Source: Lama glama
Lineage: Eukaryota
Direction of reading: 5' to 3'
Assembly (NCBI GenBank): GCA_028534125.1
Contig: CM052817.1
Span: 90,584,001-90,648,000 of the forward strand
DNA length: 64,000 bases
Below are positions 29,188-41,205 of the stretch, piece by piece (within the stretch, counting starts at the first letter, position 1; every line of letters starts with the position of its first letter). The notes beneath the pieces are model-generated. The model did not search any database and was not told the DNA's origin. It was given only the letters and a program-made list of their open reading frames with translations. Both the position numbers and the translations under genes were made by a program.

Positions 29188-29823
29188 TGAGATTGAAACT
29201 GAGGCCTTTCCAGGGGCAGACCCCTTTATTCCCTGCCTCTTGTTTATAGAAAAGCTTTAGTCTCCTAGGCCTTCCCTGAGTTTTAAAGAGCAAGTTTAAT
29301 CTGAGACGTGAGAGAATGAAGAAACAAAGGAAAGCAGTTAAGCAAGACAAAATATATTAGAATAGTTTGCCATAAAACAAAATCAAGATCCTTCAGTTCC
29401 TCCTCAGGGGCTGAAGATTTTATCCTGACTCATATCCTTGAGTCATTTTACAGATACTAAAACTCCTACCAAGTGATAGAAGCTAACTGCACAATGACCA
29501 CAATCATGTAACCCCTAAACCAGCTTGAAACCTGAGGATTGAAAATGCTGACCCCTGTGACCTTACCGGTTACTCCATTATCAACCAGTCAGAGAATTGT
29601 GCATGAGCTCATCACACATCCCAAGACCCTCTCTCTCACACTGTCTTTTAAATCTCTTCCCTGAAAGCCATCAGGGAGTTTAGGTATTTTGAGCATGAGC
29701 TGCCCATTCTCCTTGTTTGGTCCTGTAATAAATACTGTACTTTCCTTTACCACAACCCAGTGTCAGTAGATTGGCTTTGCTGAGTCCTGTAGGGTGAGCA
29801 GATCCAAGTCTGGTTTGGTAAAA
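29188..29823 (+). mobile_element. Solo ERV1-type LTR
   Basis: LTR-like body, TTTAAA box near 29646, AATAAA at 29727-29732, and U5 end GAGCAGATCCAAGTCTGGTTTGGTAA. Termini degenerate. Confidence 0.75.
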
Positions 29824-31452
29824 ATATAAGTATTAAAGACTCATCCTATTGCAAATGTCCAAAAAAAAAAAATCCAAAAGATACATCATGACCTCTGCTC
29901 TCATAAAATTTACAATTCAGTAACATTTGGGAAAACCCACCTCACCTTACCCACATATATAAATAAGTGGTAAAAATTGACTACAGTCTTACATTACATC
30001 AAAAAGAAAAAAAGAAAGAAAAAATCTTTGTCTTAAAGGACAATGCATCATCTTTTGGAACCGAAACTAGAAGAAAAGATGGGTCAATGACCAGAGTTTC
30101 TGCACGTTCCAAAAATGGAAGAAATTTCTTACAGAAGTCTTAAGAGTTGGCCCAGAAAAGGAAAGCAGTAACAAAACAGACTATTTCCCTACATTTCTAA
30201 TGGATCAGATAAAATGTGAGCAGGCCAGCTCTATGGAGGCCTACTCCAATGTGAATTACATGAATGAGCTCACGTCTTCCCTTCAGTATAAGCCATAGCA
30301 TAAAAAATCTCCACTGTGTTTATTTTGAGTTGGCTGAGGTTGCTGGATTTAATGCAAACATTTAGCCAGGAGAGTTCTAAGGTCTCCCACTAGGCTTATT
30401 AAATGGACAGCAGCAGCTCCCTTTCCCCAGCTACAGAGTGACGAATCTTTCCACGTTTGTTATTGTTTAATGCCTCTACCATCAGCAAAGGTTTTGCTGA
30501 ATTTTGGCATTTCGTTTTGCCTTGTGTAATTCATCTTCTGCAGCTTCATTAAACTTCTCTATAAAATCCTGTTCTTGGAACAGACAGTATCAATGTAAAC
30601 ATTAAATACTTAACATGCCCAACTTGTAAGTCACTTCTTTACAATTTCATCTCACTTTCCTACTTATTTCCTACTACTGCATCCATTGCTCATTGAGTAA
30701 CTCACCTGGTCCTCCTTCTCTTCCAACAATTTCCCCTGAATCCAAGCAATTGCGTGTGCCTTCTTCCCTGGAACAACTGAAACTCTAAATGACATCATCC
30801 TCACCCATCTCATCTATTATTACTTAATAGACAACTCTATAAGGCAAATAATCCCGGAAAATGGTATTACATTTCTGCAGAAATGCAGATTTTACATTAA
30901 AAATAATGTAACAATAAAAAAATTTTTTTACAACTATTTTTATTGTCAGATGGTATTTGTTATTTTAGGAATGCTATTCCCATATTGGACTATCTCTGTC
31001 CAGATTTCATCCTCAAGGTAAAAGGAATAATAATCATAAAGTAAATTATTCATCATGTTTCAGTATTTTCAGATGCCTTTTTCTCTCTAATTTTTAATAC
31101 TATTGTTGAACTACTTTTAAGTAGAAATAAGTGGACATATTTATCTATAGTTAAAACTAACAGCTTATTTTTTTTCCTACTTTGAGTTTTCACTACGACC
31201 AGTTTATACTGAGAGGAAATTCACTGATGCCTTATTTTGTTGCTTGGCCCAGTCTTAATCCTCTTGTTGCCATTATACCAACCCACTCCCCAGTGTTGCA
31301 GGCTTTCAAATCAATTAGATGACAGTATAGAGTCTAAGTTCCATAAGCAGAGAGACTAATTAAGGGATTCTGCTAGAACAAGCAAAAGTTAGTGTTAGAA
31401 GAGACCAACAGCAGATAGGTATTTTAAAAAGCATTTACTTTTCAGTCCATAC

Positions 31453-31578
31453 CTTTAATTAGCTGCATCACTCCAGGGACTATAATTATCAGAATTGCTG
31501 TGAGCTTGCAAAAGGTTAGAAAAATCTGGATCCGGGCGCTCCAGCTGACACTCATGCTATTTAGGACCATCACCACAG
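31453..31578 (-). CDS. SLC7A11: SLC7A11 exon 4 (126 nt)
   Basis: Acceptor ttctttgtag|CT, donor AAG|gtatgg. Encodes [42 protein letters not shown]. Confidence 0.99.
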
Positions 31579-31639
31579 CTACAAAGAAATAGATGAAGTT
31601 ACAAAAGGCAAATCCTCATCGGCATGAAGACACCTTAGG

Positions 31640-31802
31640 TCCTGGCTACTCGAGGTGCCATCAGTGAACCAGCAGTGTTAGCATTACCTGGAAGCATTTT
31701 AGAAATGCAGAATCTCAGGCACCACCCCAACCTAAGAACTACAAATATGCATTTCAATAAGATCTCTAGGTGATTTTTATGCACATTGAAGTTTGAGAAG
31801 CT
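31640..31802. mobile_element. MER5A hAT-Charlie element
   Basis: CATTACCTGGAAGCATTTTAGAAATGCAGAATCTCAGGC...GCACATTGAAGTTTGAGAAGC. Confidence 0.8.
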
Positions 31803-31947
31803 TGGATAAAACCTGCAGACAGTAAGAAGTTATCACTCATTCTGTTTTCTATATATGTCAGTAAGAAGGGACAAATACTGTACTGCCCCAACAATCCTAT
31901 AATAAAACCTTCTAAGCAACTTCTTAAGTCATCACATGCAGTCAAAT

Positions 31948-32423
31948 TATTACCAAATGCAAATTTGTGTGCCTGATGCTCCGTGAGGCCCAAGAAACCA
32001 AAACGTTGGGGTTTGGAGCAGAGAAAGGTTGATTGCAGGGCCCGGCAAGGGGGACTGGGTGGTTCATGGCCAAGAAAACCCCAGACTTCTCAAAGGGTTT
32101 CAGCAAAGCATATTTAAAGGCCAGGTAAGGGAGGGGATCACAGAGCTTGTCATCAGCTCATGCACAATCCTCTGATTGGTTGACGATGAGGTAAGAGGGC
32201 AGTCAACACTATCAACCCCTCCGCGCCAGAAAGTCTGGGTGCTATGTGCTCTCAATCATCAAGTAGTTAATTTCTACACTTTGGTAGTGGTTTTTAGCAT
32301 GTAAAAAACTTAGGAAACACACATGAGACACTATTACCTGGGTACGTCAGAGAGGAGCTACAGCAGAGGATATGGGGGAGGGGTTTGTCCCCGGAAGGTC
32401 CCACAGGGTCCTGCTCAGTTACA
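31948..32423 (-). mobile_element. Solo ERV1-type LTR, same orientation as SLC7A11
   Basis: Plus-strand ends TATTACC...GTTACA. TSD AAAT/AGAT. Minus-strand CCAAT (32175-32179) and TTTAAATA (32111-32118). Confidence 0.8.
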
Positions 32424-34295
32424 AGATTGCTGAATGTAACTCTTCAGCTTTATACAGCAGGCAACTACTTCCTTGCTCCATGATTGCAGGTGTATTCACC
32501 TGCCAGCCTGGGATCACACACAAGAACTGGGATCACACTCAAGAAGGGACAGTATGTCGAGAAGATGGCTGAGACCTTATTCTTCCCTCTCAGGACTAGC
32601 CTTAGCCAGCAGTTTTTGCAATTCCTCTCCACTTTCCAATTAGCACATCAAGGAGTGACTTTGAACCCACTCTAAAGATATGTTTTGGGACTTGAAAAAA
32701 GGTTGTAAGTGATAAATTCAAAAGAGTTCCCCGAGCAGGATGCACATTGGGTCCGAGGCCAGCAGAATTTCCCTGTCTTGATGCTGTCTGCCGTGTTCTG
32801 AGCAGTACAACTATCCACTGCCCCTCTCCCCACTGTGAACCATGAGCACCGTGAAGACAGAACAAGCAACATCCATCCCTGTATTGCTAGTATCCAGCTT
32901 CATATCTGCCCCAGGAAGATAATCAACACAGTTTTCTTGAATAAATGAATGAGCTGGGTCACCAGCTTAAAATACAAAAAACAAAAAAACAAACAAAAAA
33001 ACCTACCTTCAGTCAAGAAGTATGAATGAAGGGTGATACTGTCATACCCTGCCTCCTATACTCTGCTGCAATGACTGAGTTATTCTAGACAGTGGATTTC
33101 AACTTTATTCTCTTTCCAAAACCTTACGCTTAGTGTTACTACTTCCTACCCACCCCCCCAAAAAAGCTACTTCATATCTGACATTTATAGTTATTATCTG
33201 TAAGCTTTATTTTTAAAAAGGTGTATTTCCCTGAAACAAATACCAAAAATGTATGAAGAGACTTCTCAGCAGACAAAACACTTGTAGAATTCTTGTAATT
33301 CAAGTTGCGATAGGGAGTTTTCCATATGTACAGTAATGAGTGATTGTCAGTGTTTCCATTGTCAGATGTATCATTAGCTCATTTCATAATTTAAGAATTG
33401 GTTCAAATGTTATCAACACATGATATATAATAGTAAAAAATCTTAAATAACCTAGACCCCTGAAGAAGTTAAACATTTATTACACAGAAGTGTGTTCGTG
33501 ACATATTACTAACCAATACAGCAAATTACAGAGGCATAATGGACTGATAAAGACGCAAAGAGAAAAAAGGACAGGAAAAATTCTGAAAGAGTGTTTACCA
33601 AAACATTAACAGAAGGTGTCTACAGATGATAGAATACTGAATAATTTTCAAGTTTTAAAATTTATTTTTCTACTGTATTTTAATAATTTTTATAATGAAC
33701 ATGAAGCATTAAGTAACAAAAATCAACAAAAGCAACTTTCATTTCTGAAAAAAATTCAAAGATGGGAAGAATAAGGGACCAATAGATCCCATACAAAGTT
33801 AAACAGGGGGTTACTAATGAAGAAATGTTTTGAAGGAGTAATTGATGAGAATAATTAGAAAGGCTGGAACCCTAAATAAAACTACATGGGAGGCTAAGGG
33901 AAATATTTTATCTTTGAAGCTGAAAACATGAAGAAATAGACAGACCCATTGTCAATAGCCCAGTGCATTATTTTATCAGCGGAAAAATAGAAAATGAAAT
34001 TATTTTCCTCTCCCCTATATAAAGCACTTACATTTTGAAAATAATTTAATGCATCTCTGCTCTCATCTTCATCATCCAGTGATTCTTTTCCTTTTTCTAT
34101 GCAAATGACTCTGTGATAATGAGTCATCATATGAAAGGGATTATGTTTTTAGTTAAGGAGATTCAGCACTGGTCTGAAAATAATTGGACTCATGTTCCCA
34201 CCACCAACAAAAGAGCACTGTTTTCTTTTGAACAGAGCTCCTAAAATGCCAAACAGTTTCTGAAAGTACTCCACAATAGGAAAGAGCTGTTGTAC

Positions 34296-34434
34296 AGAGA
34301 GGGAGGGAGAAAAGGGAGGAAGGAAGGGGGAAAAGGAAAAGAGGGAGGGAGAGAGGGAGGGAAGGAAGGAAAGAAAGGAGGGGAGAAACGGACAGGCGGA
34401 GGGAGGGGTGAGGGAGGGAGAGGAAAGAGAAAGG
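34296..34434. repeat. Polypurine (GGA/GGGA-rich) low-complexity tract
   Basis: About 140 bp of almost pure A/G on the plus strand. Confidence 0.9.
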
Positions 34435-36409
34435 TATTCTCATATTTGGAGCCTCTATGTATTTGGGAAGAGAAAAGAGGGTTTGTTACTTTCGTAAAGC
34501 ACGTATGCACTTAATGCCTGATGAAACAGAAGGAAAAAAATGAATCTGAAGAATTTTCTTTTATATTTCATTCAGTTTTCTTAGAAAAATGGAAAACAAA
34601 AATCGAACAAATATTATGCCTTGATAATCTCACCTTGCTTTCCTCTCAGACAGCGGAAATAAAAATTCTGGTTAAAACTGATTTCTCTCAAAGGTTTCCC
34701 AAAACCCTGCTTTATCTGAGCATCCAGACAGCACCCTCATTATTTGGTATGCCAAATTCCAGATGAGATGTACCTCTCTGACCCTGAGGAATACAGCTTA
34801 ACAGGTAACAAGGCAGTCAGTACAGAGGCACCGTGAAGGTCCTCAAGTGGCTGGAACTGCTGTTTCATAACGTGTTTTTACAGAGAAATTTAAGTCTATG
34901 TATGTTACTTATCCAACAATATTGAAAAGGGATTTGGGATTCACTAAATGCAAGAGCTTTTGGAATTTCTGAAACAAATAATATCTACTTTGTTTCTTAT
35001 ATACTATCTATACCCATTGTAATCAAAGAAATCTGAGTAAGCTTTCCTCCTCCTAATTTTACTTCCTTTGAATAATAATTGGTAATTTCGCACATTAGAA
35101 ATTACTTGTATCAACTTAGGCTTATTATTATTATTTTTTTGCTTGCATTAAATGTTACCAAATTGAAACTAGAGGGACATATAGTTTTTATTTACCCAGT
35201 AATGATTCAGTTTCTTAGGAAGTGAAAGGCAGCAATGAAAGCTATATGGATATATCCTGGTGATCAGAAATGCATATGGAAGGGAGCTGCATGTGAAGTG
35301 GATGTTTAGAGGAGTGTTAAGAACCGATGCAGTGATTTAAGGATTGGCAAATTACTTCTTTCTGCATTTCCGTAATTCAAGTCTGTCTTTCGTTTTGCAG
35401 AGTGAGATTACTGAGCCTGGATATATTGGGTTTTCTCCCAGGTACAGGTTCTCCCTGGCTACTGACTTCTGCTTTGTGCTAAACTGGCAAAATATATGTG
35501 CACTGTATGGGTGAGCTAAAGTGAATTGCTCCACTGTTCTTTGTGACAGCTGCCTGGGTTGCCTTTCTCTTTTTGTTCGCATTCACTTCCTGGATGCATT
35601 AATTTCAGAGAAGTTGTGTAGCCATAAACACCTTTACAGAGCAGAGAGACTATATCTAGGATCTCACTATTCAGAATAAAAATGGTAAGCATTCAATAAA
35701 TGTAATCCTTACACGGATAATGTTATTTAATCCTCATGTCTCTGGGATGTGGTTACCATTATTGGCATTATCTTTCAGATGAGCAGCTGAAAATCCGTAC
35801 ACTACTTAACTTGCCTATGTTCTCAGAGGTTAAGTGTGAAGATAGGATCCGGGCCAAGTAAACTGATTTTCTAGTCCACTCTTTTGACCCCTCCCTCACA
35901 GGTAACAAAGAGGAAGTAGTTCAAAAGACCTATATGATCTCACTAGCATATCTATTTCTTCCAAACTCCTGGTGGCTCTTCATCTCTGCTAAGGTTCATG
36001 TTTATCTTGGCTGGGACTTCAGAACACACTGGTTCCACATTTCATCTGTCGCCCTTCTGAAGGGTATGGTTGTTGTTTGCAGTCCTTGTATATTTCAGTA
36101 CCATGTTTCTCTACCTAAGAATTGGTTGTCATGGTATTTAGTTTTGGTAGAAAAGGAGTAGGGATAGCCAGACTTCGGAAGACTTAAACAGAGCCGCTCC
36201 ACATGCAATATTTGAAATGCTAGCCCAGAACCGGTCCTAGATTATCTTTCATGTAATTTAATGATGCCAGGAAAACACAATTTTAGAAAAGAAAATACAG
36301 TAATGCTCTTGTAGAGATGGTTATTTTGTTCCTCACAATGCAATCACAAGTGTTATTTTGTTCGCTTCCCCTAATTATGCCCACAAGTTAAGAGAAGAAG
36401 ATAGGGCTC

Positions 36410-37128
36410 AATGCTGGAGAGGGTGTGAAGAAAAAGGAACCCTCCTACACTGTTGGTAGGAATGTAAATTGGTGCGGCCACTATGGAGGACAGTATGGAA
36501 GTTCCTTAAAAAACTAAAAATAGACTTACCATATCATCCAGCAATCCCACTCCTGGGCATATATCCAGAGAAAAATACATTTCAAAAAGACACATGTGCC
36601 CCAGATTTCACAGCAGCACTATTTACAATAGCCAAGACATGGAAACAACTCAAATGTCCATTGATAGATGACTAGATAAAGAAGTTACGGTATATTTATA
36701 CAACAGAATACTACTCAGCCATAAAAAAGAATAAAAACGCCATTTGCAGGAAAATGGATGGACCTGGAGATCATCATTCTAAGTAAAGTAAGCCAGAAAG
36801 AGAAAGGAAATGCCATATGATATTGCTTGTATGTGGAATCTTAAAAAAAGGACCCAAAGGAACTTACCTACAAAACAGAAATAGACTCAGACAAAAAGAA
36901 CAAACTTATGGTTACCAGAGGCTAAAGGGGGTGGGAAGGGATAAATTGGGAACACAAAAATTGCACCTCTTAGGGAGTGATGGAAATGTCAGGTATCTTG
37001 ATTGTGGTGGTGGTTTCAGGGGTGTATCATTTATCAAAATTCATCAAATTGTACGTCTGAAATATGAGTAGTTTATTGTACAGGAACCATACCACAATTT
37101 AGGTGTTAACATTAATTAATTAATTAAA
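36410..37128 (+). mobile_element. 5'-truncated L1 with 15-bp TSD and atypical 3' end
   Basis: ORF2 C-terminus remnant ([30 protein letters not shown]). Perfect TSD AAGAAGATAGGGCTC at 36395-36409 and 37129-37143. Confidence 0.92.
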
Positions 37129-40100
37129 AAGAAGATAGGGCTCTTTACTCACCTACATAAACTAAACTAGCAAGAAAGTTGAGACTCAGAGAAGTTGTTA
37201 GGGATGCCTCTGGGAGTAGATCTCACACTGTAAGGAAAATATTTTTACTATAATATTCTGCCATTCAAAGGTATACTTACATAGGGTCTAGTTTCAGGAG
37301 ACCAGAACAAAAGACTAGATGTCATTTTATACACTGAACATATTTCGATGCTTACTGAAGCTACAAGGAGAGTGAAAGTTCATGAAGTCCCATAGAAGAC
37401 AAAGGGAGTCATAACAGTACTGGGCTAGAGGCGAGTTGACGGGTGAATATCTAAGATTCCCTGTTAAACTTCCAAGTGTCTGACATGTCTACCAGAATGG
37501 ACAGGATTCTGGATAAGCAAAAACTCTTAATTTTTATTAATTTGATGCAAATGAAAAAGAGTACATTAAAGGCAGGGGGCAAATTAGTATTTAGTAACTC
37601 CCAACACCCACTCTACTCTGATTTCTTAAATAGTTGGTTCGCATTTCACCAACCTTGAAGTTCTTTTTCTCTATGATTTGATTATAACCAGGTCCTTCAA
37701 GGTTTGCTCATCTTCTGTACTTGAAAGAAAGAATTCAAGCTCCTACAAACTGTTTCCTTCCCCTGTAGGGAAGACAGGGAAGCAGTTCATACCATTCAAC
37801 TCTCTTCTCTCCATCTCACTAACCTTCTACCCCTCTCCTCACTTTGAAAGCTGCAGAATGTGAGAGATTTGCCCCCAGGCTAGTTTCTCCTTCTCTATCT
37901 CCATCTCCACCTACTGTTGCTCCATTAAAGCTCAGTTCTTCTCAGAGACAGTCTGGCATTCCCAGTTAGACCACTGATTTACATTATCTACCACTGAGTC
38001 ATAAGCATAGCCAGGTTCCTCTTTTAGTGCTTCTGATCCTAGGAAAATATTTCCTCAGAGACTCAAGCTTGCAAAAGAAACATCAAAATTTGCAAACTCC
38101 TGTTGTAACTAACGGCAAAAATAGAAGGACCTGTCTAGGTTAATCCAAGATTTCCTCAGGCTGTCTGCTATCTAGTCTATCACCAATCTCTACTGCAGGA
38201 GTTTTGTAAATAAACTGCAACATACTTAATCAGCCCTACCTATAATTGTTTTCAAATTTTGGTTTGAACGGTTTCCATTTACTCTTCTAAAATACAAATT
38301 TTTCCTTTAAAAAGTTTAGTAGAATTGGGATAAATAAGAAGTCATTTAGACTTCCCCAAATAGTAATATGTTATCATTATCCATCTCATTTCAAGTCTAT
38401 CTCAGTCCAAGCTGTGGATTTGTAAATATTTGTATAATATCTACTGAAAGTTTGCTGTAGTAGCTTTTAATGAGTAACCTTTACTGGCAATTCACAGAGG
38501 TCTCAAAAAATGATACCCCTACCTTTCTCTTTTTGAATATAATAATTCTGCCTCAGTCAGTTGAGGGACAAGAATATAATGGGTACAGCAATTGCTACTG
38601 ATCCGACCCCTTAGAGGAACACCAGATTTATTAAGAACTTTCTTTGGGAAAGGCACTCTGCTCAAGGTCTTACAAATCTGACTAATTTCATCCTTCCAGT
38701 CATTCAAGATAAATTATCTTTTCACAGGTATTTTACCAATAAAAAAACTGATGCTTAAAGAGGTTCAATAGTTAGCCCCCCAAATCACGTAACTAAGAAA
38801 CTATTGCACAGAATTTCAATTCCAGGTTGTTTGCCTCCAGAGCCTGAGCTATAACCACTATGCTAAGATGGTTCAAAAATTCATGGTGTTAGATCTGAAC
38901 ATCACATCAAGCAAAGTCTATTTCATTTACCACCAATTTCCTGCTGCCTGAGAAACTTGAGGATGTGTCATTCTCCAAGTTCAATATGCAGACATTCCAC
39001 TGGCTTCTCAACTAGAGAAAAATTATTAGACCTCTTCTCATAGAAAATCAGTTGTCAACAAATATTTCTTGAGCACAAACAACATATTAGGAGCTATGTG
39101 AAGGGTTGGAAATAGTACAGAGAATGAGCCCCTGGTCTCATGGAACTTCCAACGATGTTTTCCCACAAGGGTATAAATAGCTACCATTTGTAATTTGTTC
39201 TCTAAAAATTTCTGGCATTACCCAAAACACTTTATATACATCATGTCTTTTAATATCATTAAATCCTGACAAGACACCTTATGAGACCGAGCATGATTTA
39301 CAGATAAGAACACTGGTGCAGAAAGGTTAAGTGACTTGTCCCCACGTCTCACATCTGTAGTGTGTGTTAAGGACAAGATGAATCAAGTACACCATCACCA
39401 CTCCAGAACTTAGAAATATCTAATTCCAGTATTTTTCTTTGTCTTTCTTTAGAGACTTCACAGAACAATTATGTGTATATGCTTCTTGGATTAAGGGTGA
39501 AATCCAGGATGAACCTGTTTAAGTTCAGAAATACATGTACTTAACACTAGAGATGCATTATGTGTAATTCCTAACTCTTTCCTGCTAACTAACCCCTCAT
39601 TTCTCCATTGGTAAATGTTCATCTCTTTCTTTACTGCTCTATTGAAACACCTCAGCCATCTACAACTAAAATTTCATTCCTGAGTTTGCAATTCAGTTAT
39701 TCCTGTGTAGCTCTCTCTTTCCAAGTAGTTCAAACTTAATCAGATGGAATCATATTGATTCCTAAAACAGTGATTCAAACAGTATCTACAATTTAGTAAT
39801 CATTTTCCATCATATTCAAGGCTCTGGAATCTAGACTCTTGTATTAGGAAATTAGAGTCATATTTGTCTTCACACCACATATGTAATGTTGTGCATGTTC
39901 TTCCATTTTATTTCCTTTTTTTTTTAAAAAAAAGTTCTAGTATCTGTGCCCATTAATGAAATGAACAACTTCCTAATTTGGAGACCGTAAAGAAAACTCC
40001 TAGTTGAGAAATGCTACTAATAATCAAATATTGAAAGAAGACTCTTATCATGATCATTGATGGACACTTAAAATCATAAAGCATAATGAGAGTGACAGAT

Positions 40101-40551
40101 GTTAACACTAGGAAATGTGTGAGCACAACACACTCAACACAGAATCGTCACTCCACAAGGATACGTGTGTTACAGTTCAACACGTTACTACCAAGGAAGG
40201 ATCATTTCTAATTCAGAAAATCCGTTAAAAATTGGGTTTTCTTTTGTAGAAGTCTTTTTTTAAATGTACAATCCAGTTACTAGTTTACTAACAAGGTGCT
40301 TTTGTTTGCCTATTTAAAAAGATCAGCCATCATATCTATTGACCCAGTGCAAAACTGGCATGTAACATAGTATCAGGGATCACTCCAAATCCTTATTTTT
40401 TTATTTCCCAGAACAACTTTGGCAAGGTGTTGTAAGCAAAAAGAATACCATGTGGGGAACAGTTTCAGCGTGTAGGAAGTCTGAAGAAACTATGTCTCTA
40501 ATCACTTTTGTGGGTTTTTTTCTTTTTCAGATTTACACCTATGATACTCAC

Positions 40552-40667
40552 TTATGCCCACGGCTGTAATGAGCTTGATTGCAAGTTCAGGAATTTCACA
40601 TTGAATAAAAAATGGTTCCAGAATGTAGCGTCCAAATGCCAGAGATATCACAGCAGTGGCTGCAGGG
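40552..40667 (-). CDS. SLC7A11: SLC7A11 exon 3 (116 nt)
   Basis: Acceptor ttttttctag|C, donor A|gtgagt. Encodes [38 protein letters not shown], including Cys158 (disulfide to 4F2hc/SLC3A2). Confidence 0.99.
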
Positions 40668-41180
40668 CTAGAAAAAAATATATTTAGGTTAACTACAGAA
40701 AAAAAAAAAGCATCTTCACTAAACTTCTTCTACCTTGAGGTATGTTCTTCAGCATAGGGAACCTATTCCATAGGAAAGTCTGTAAGTATAAAATTGTCCA
40801 TCTTAATCACTATTTTATCCTCAGTGTTTAGTATAATGTCTGCCATACAGTAGAAAACCAATAAATATTGACTGTATGGTGATGTGTGAACTCCATAGAA
40901 TGACCCCTGCAATGTACTGATGTGTTACAGATTATTTCTGACAAGAGTAACTTAATCTGAAGTATAATTTTAATAATGAGTATTTAGGTACCATGGGTGT
41001 TTTCAATGGAAGAGGAATGAATATTAAAGCACCTCAGTATCTTGACACCCCTCAAGCCATTCATTACTCTATTTGAAAGTCCAACCAAGTAATGTGAGTC
41101 TATTATCACCAAGAAATATATGAACCCCTTAAAAAAGCTTTAGAATACATCTAGGTAATTTTTTCTGTACACAAACACAA

Positions 41181-41205
41181 CACACACACACACACACACA
41201 CACAC
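41181..41205. repeat. (CA)12 microsatellite
   Basis: Direct reading. Confidence 0.95.

Noticed and set aside
34153..34514. Pro/Leu/Ser-rich and Gly/Lys/Glu-rich ORFs
   Set aside because: Translation artefacts of the polypurine tract.
36469..37071. ORFs with L1 ORF2 similarity
   Set aside because: Fragments of a 5'-truncated L1 with stops, so not an active gene. The same applies to 7576-7821 and 62128-62436.
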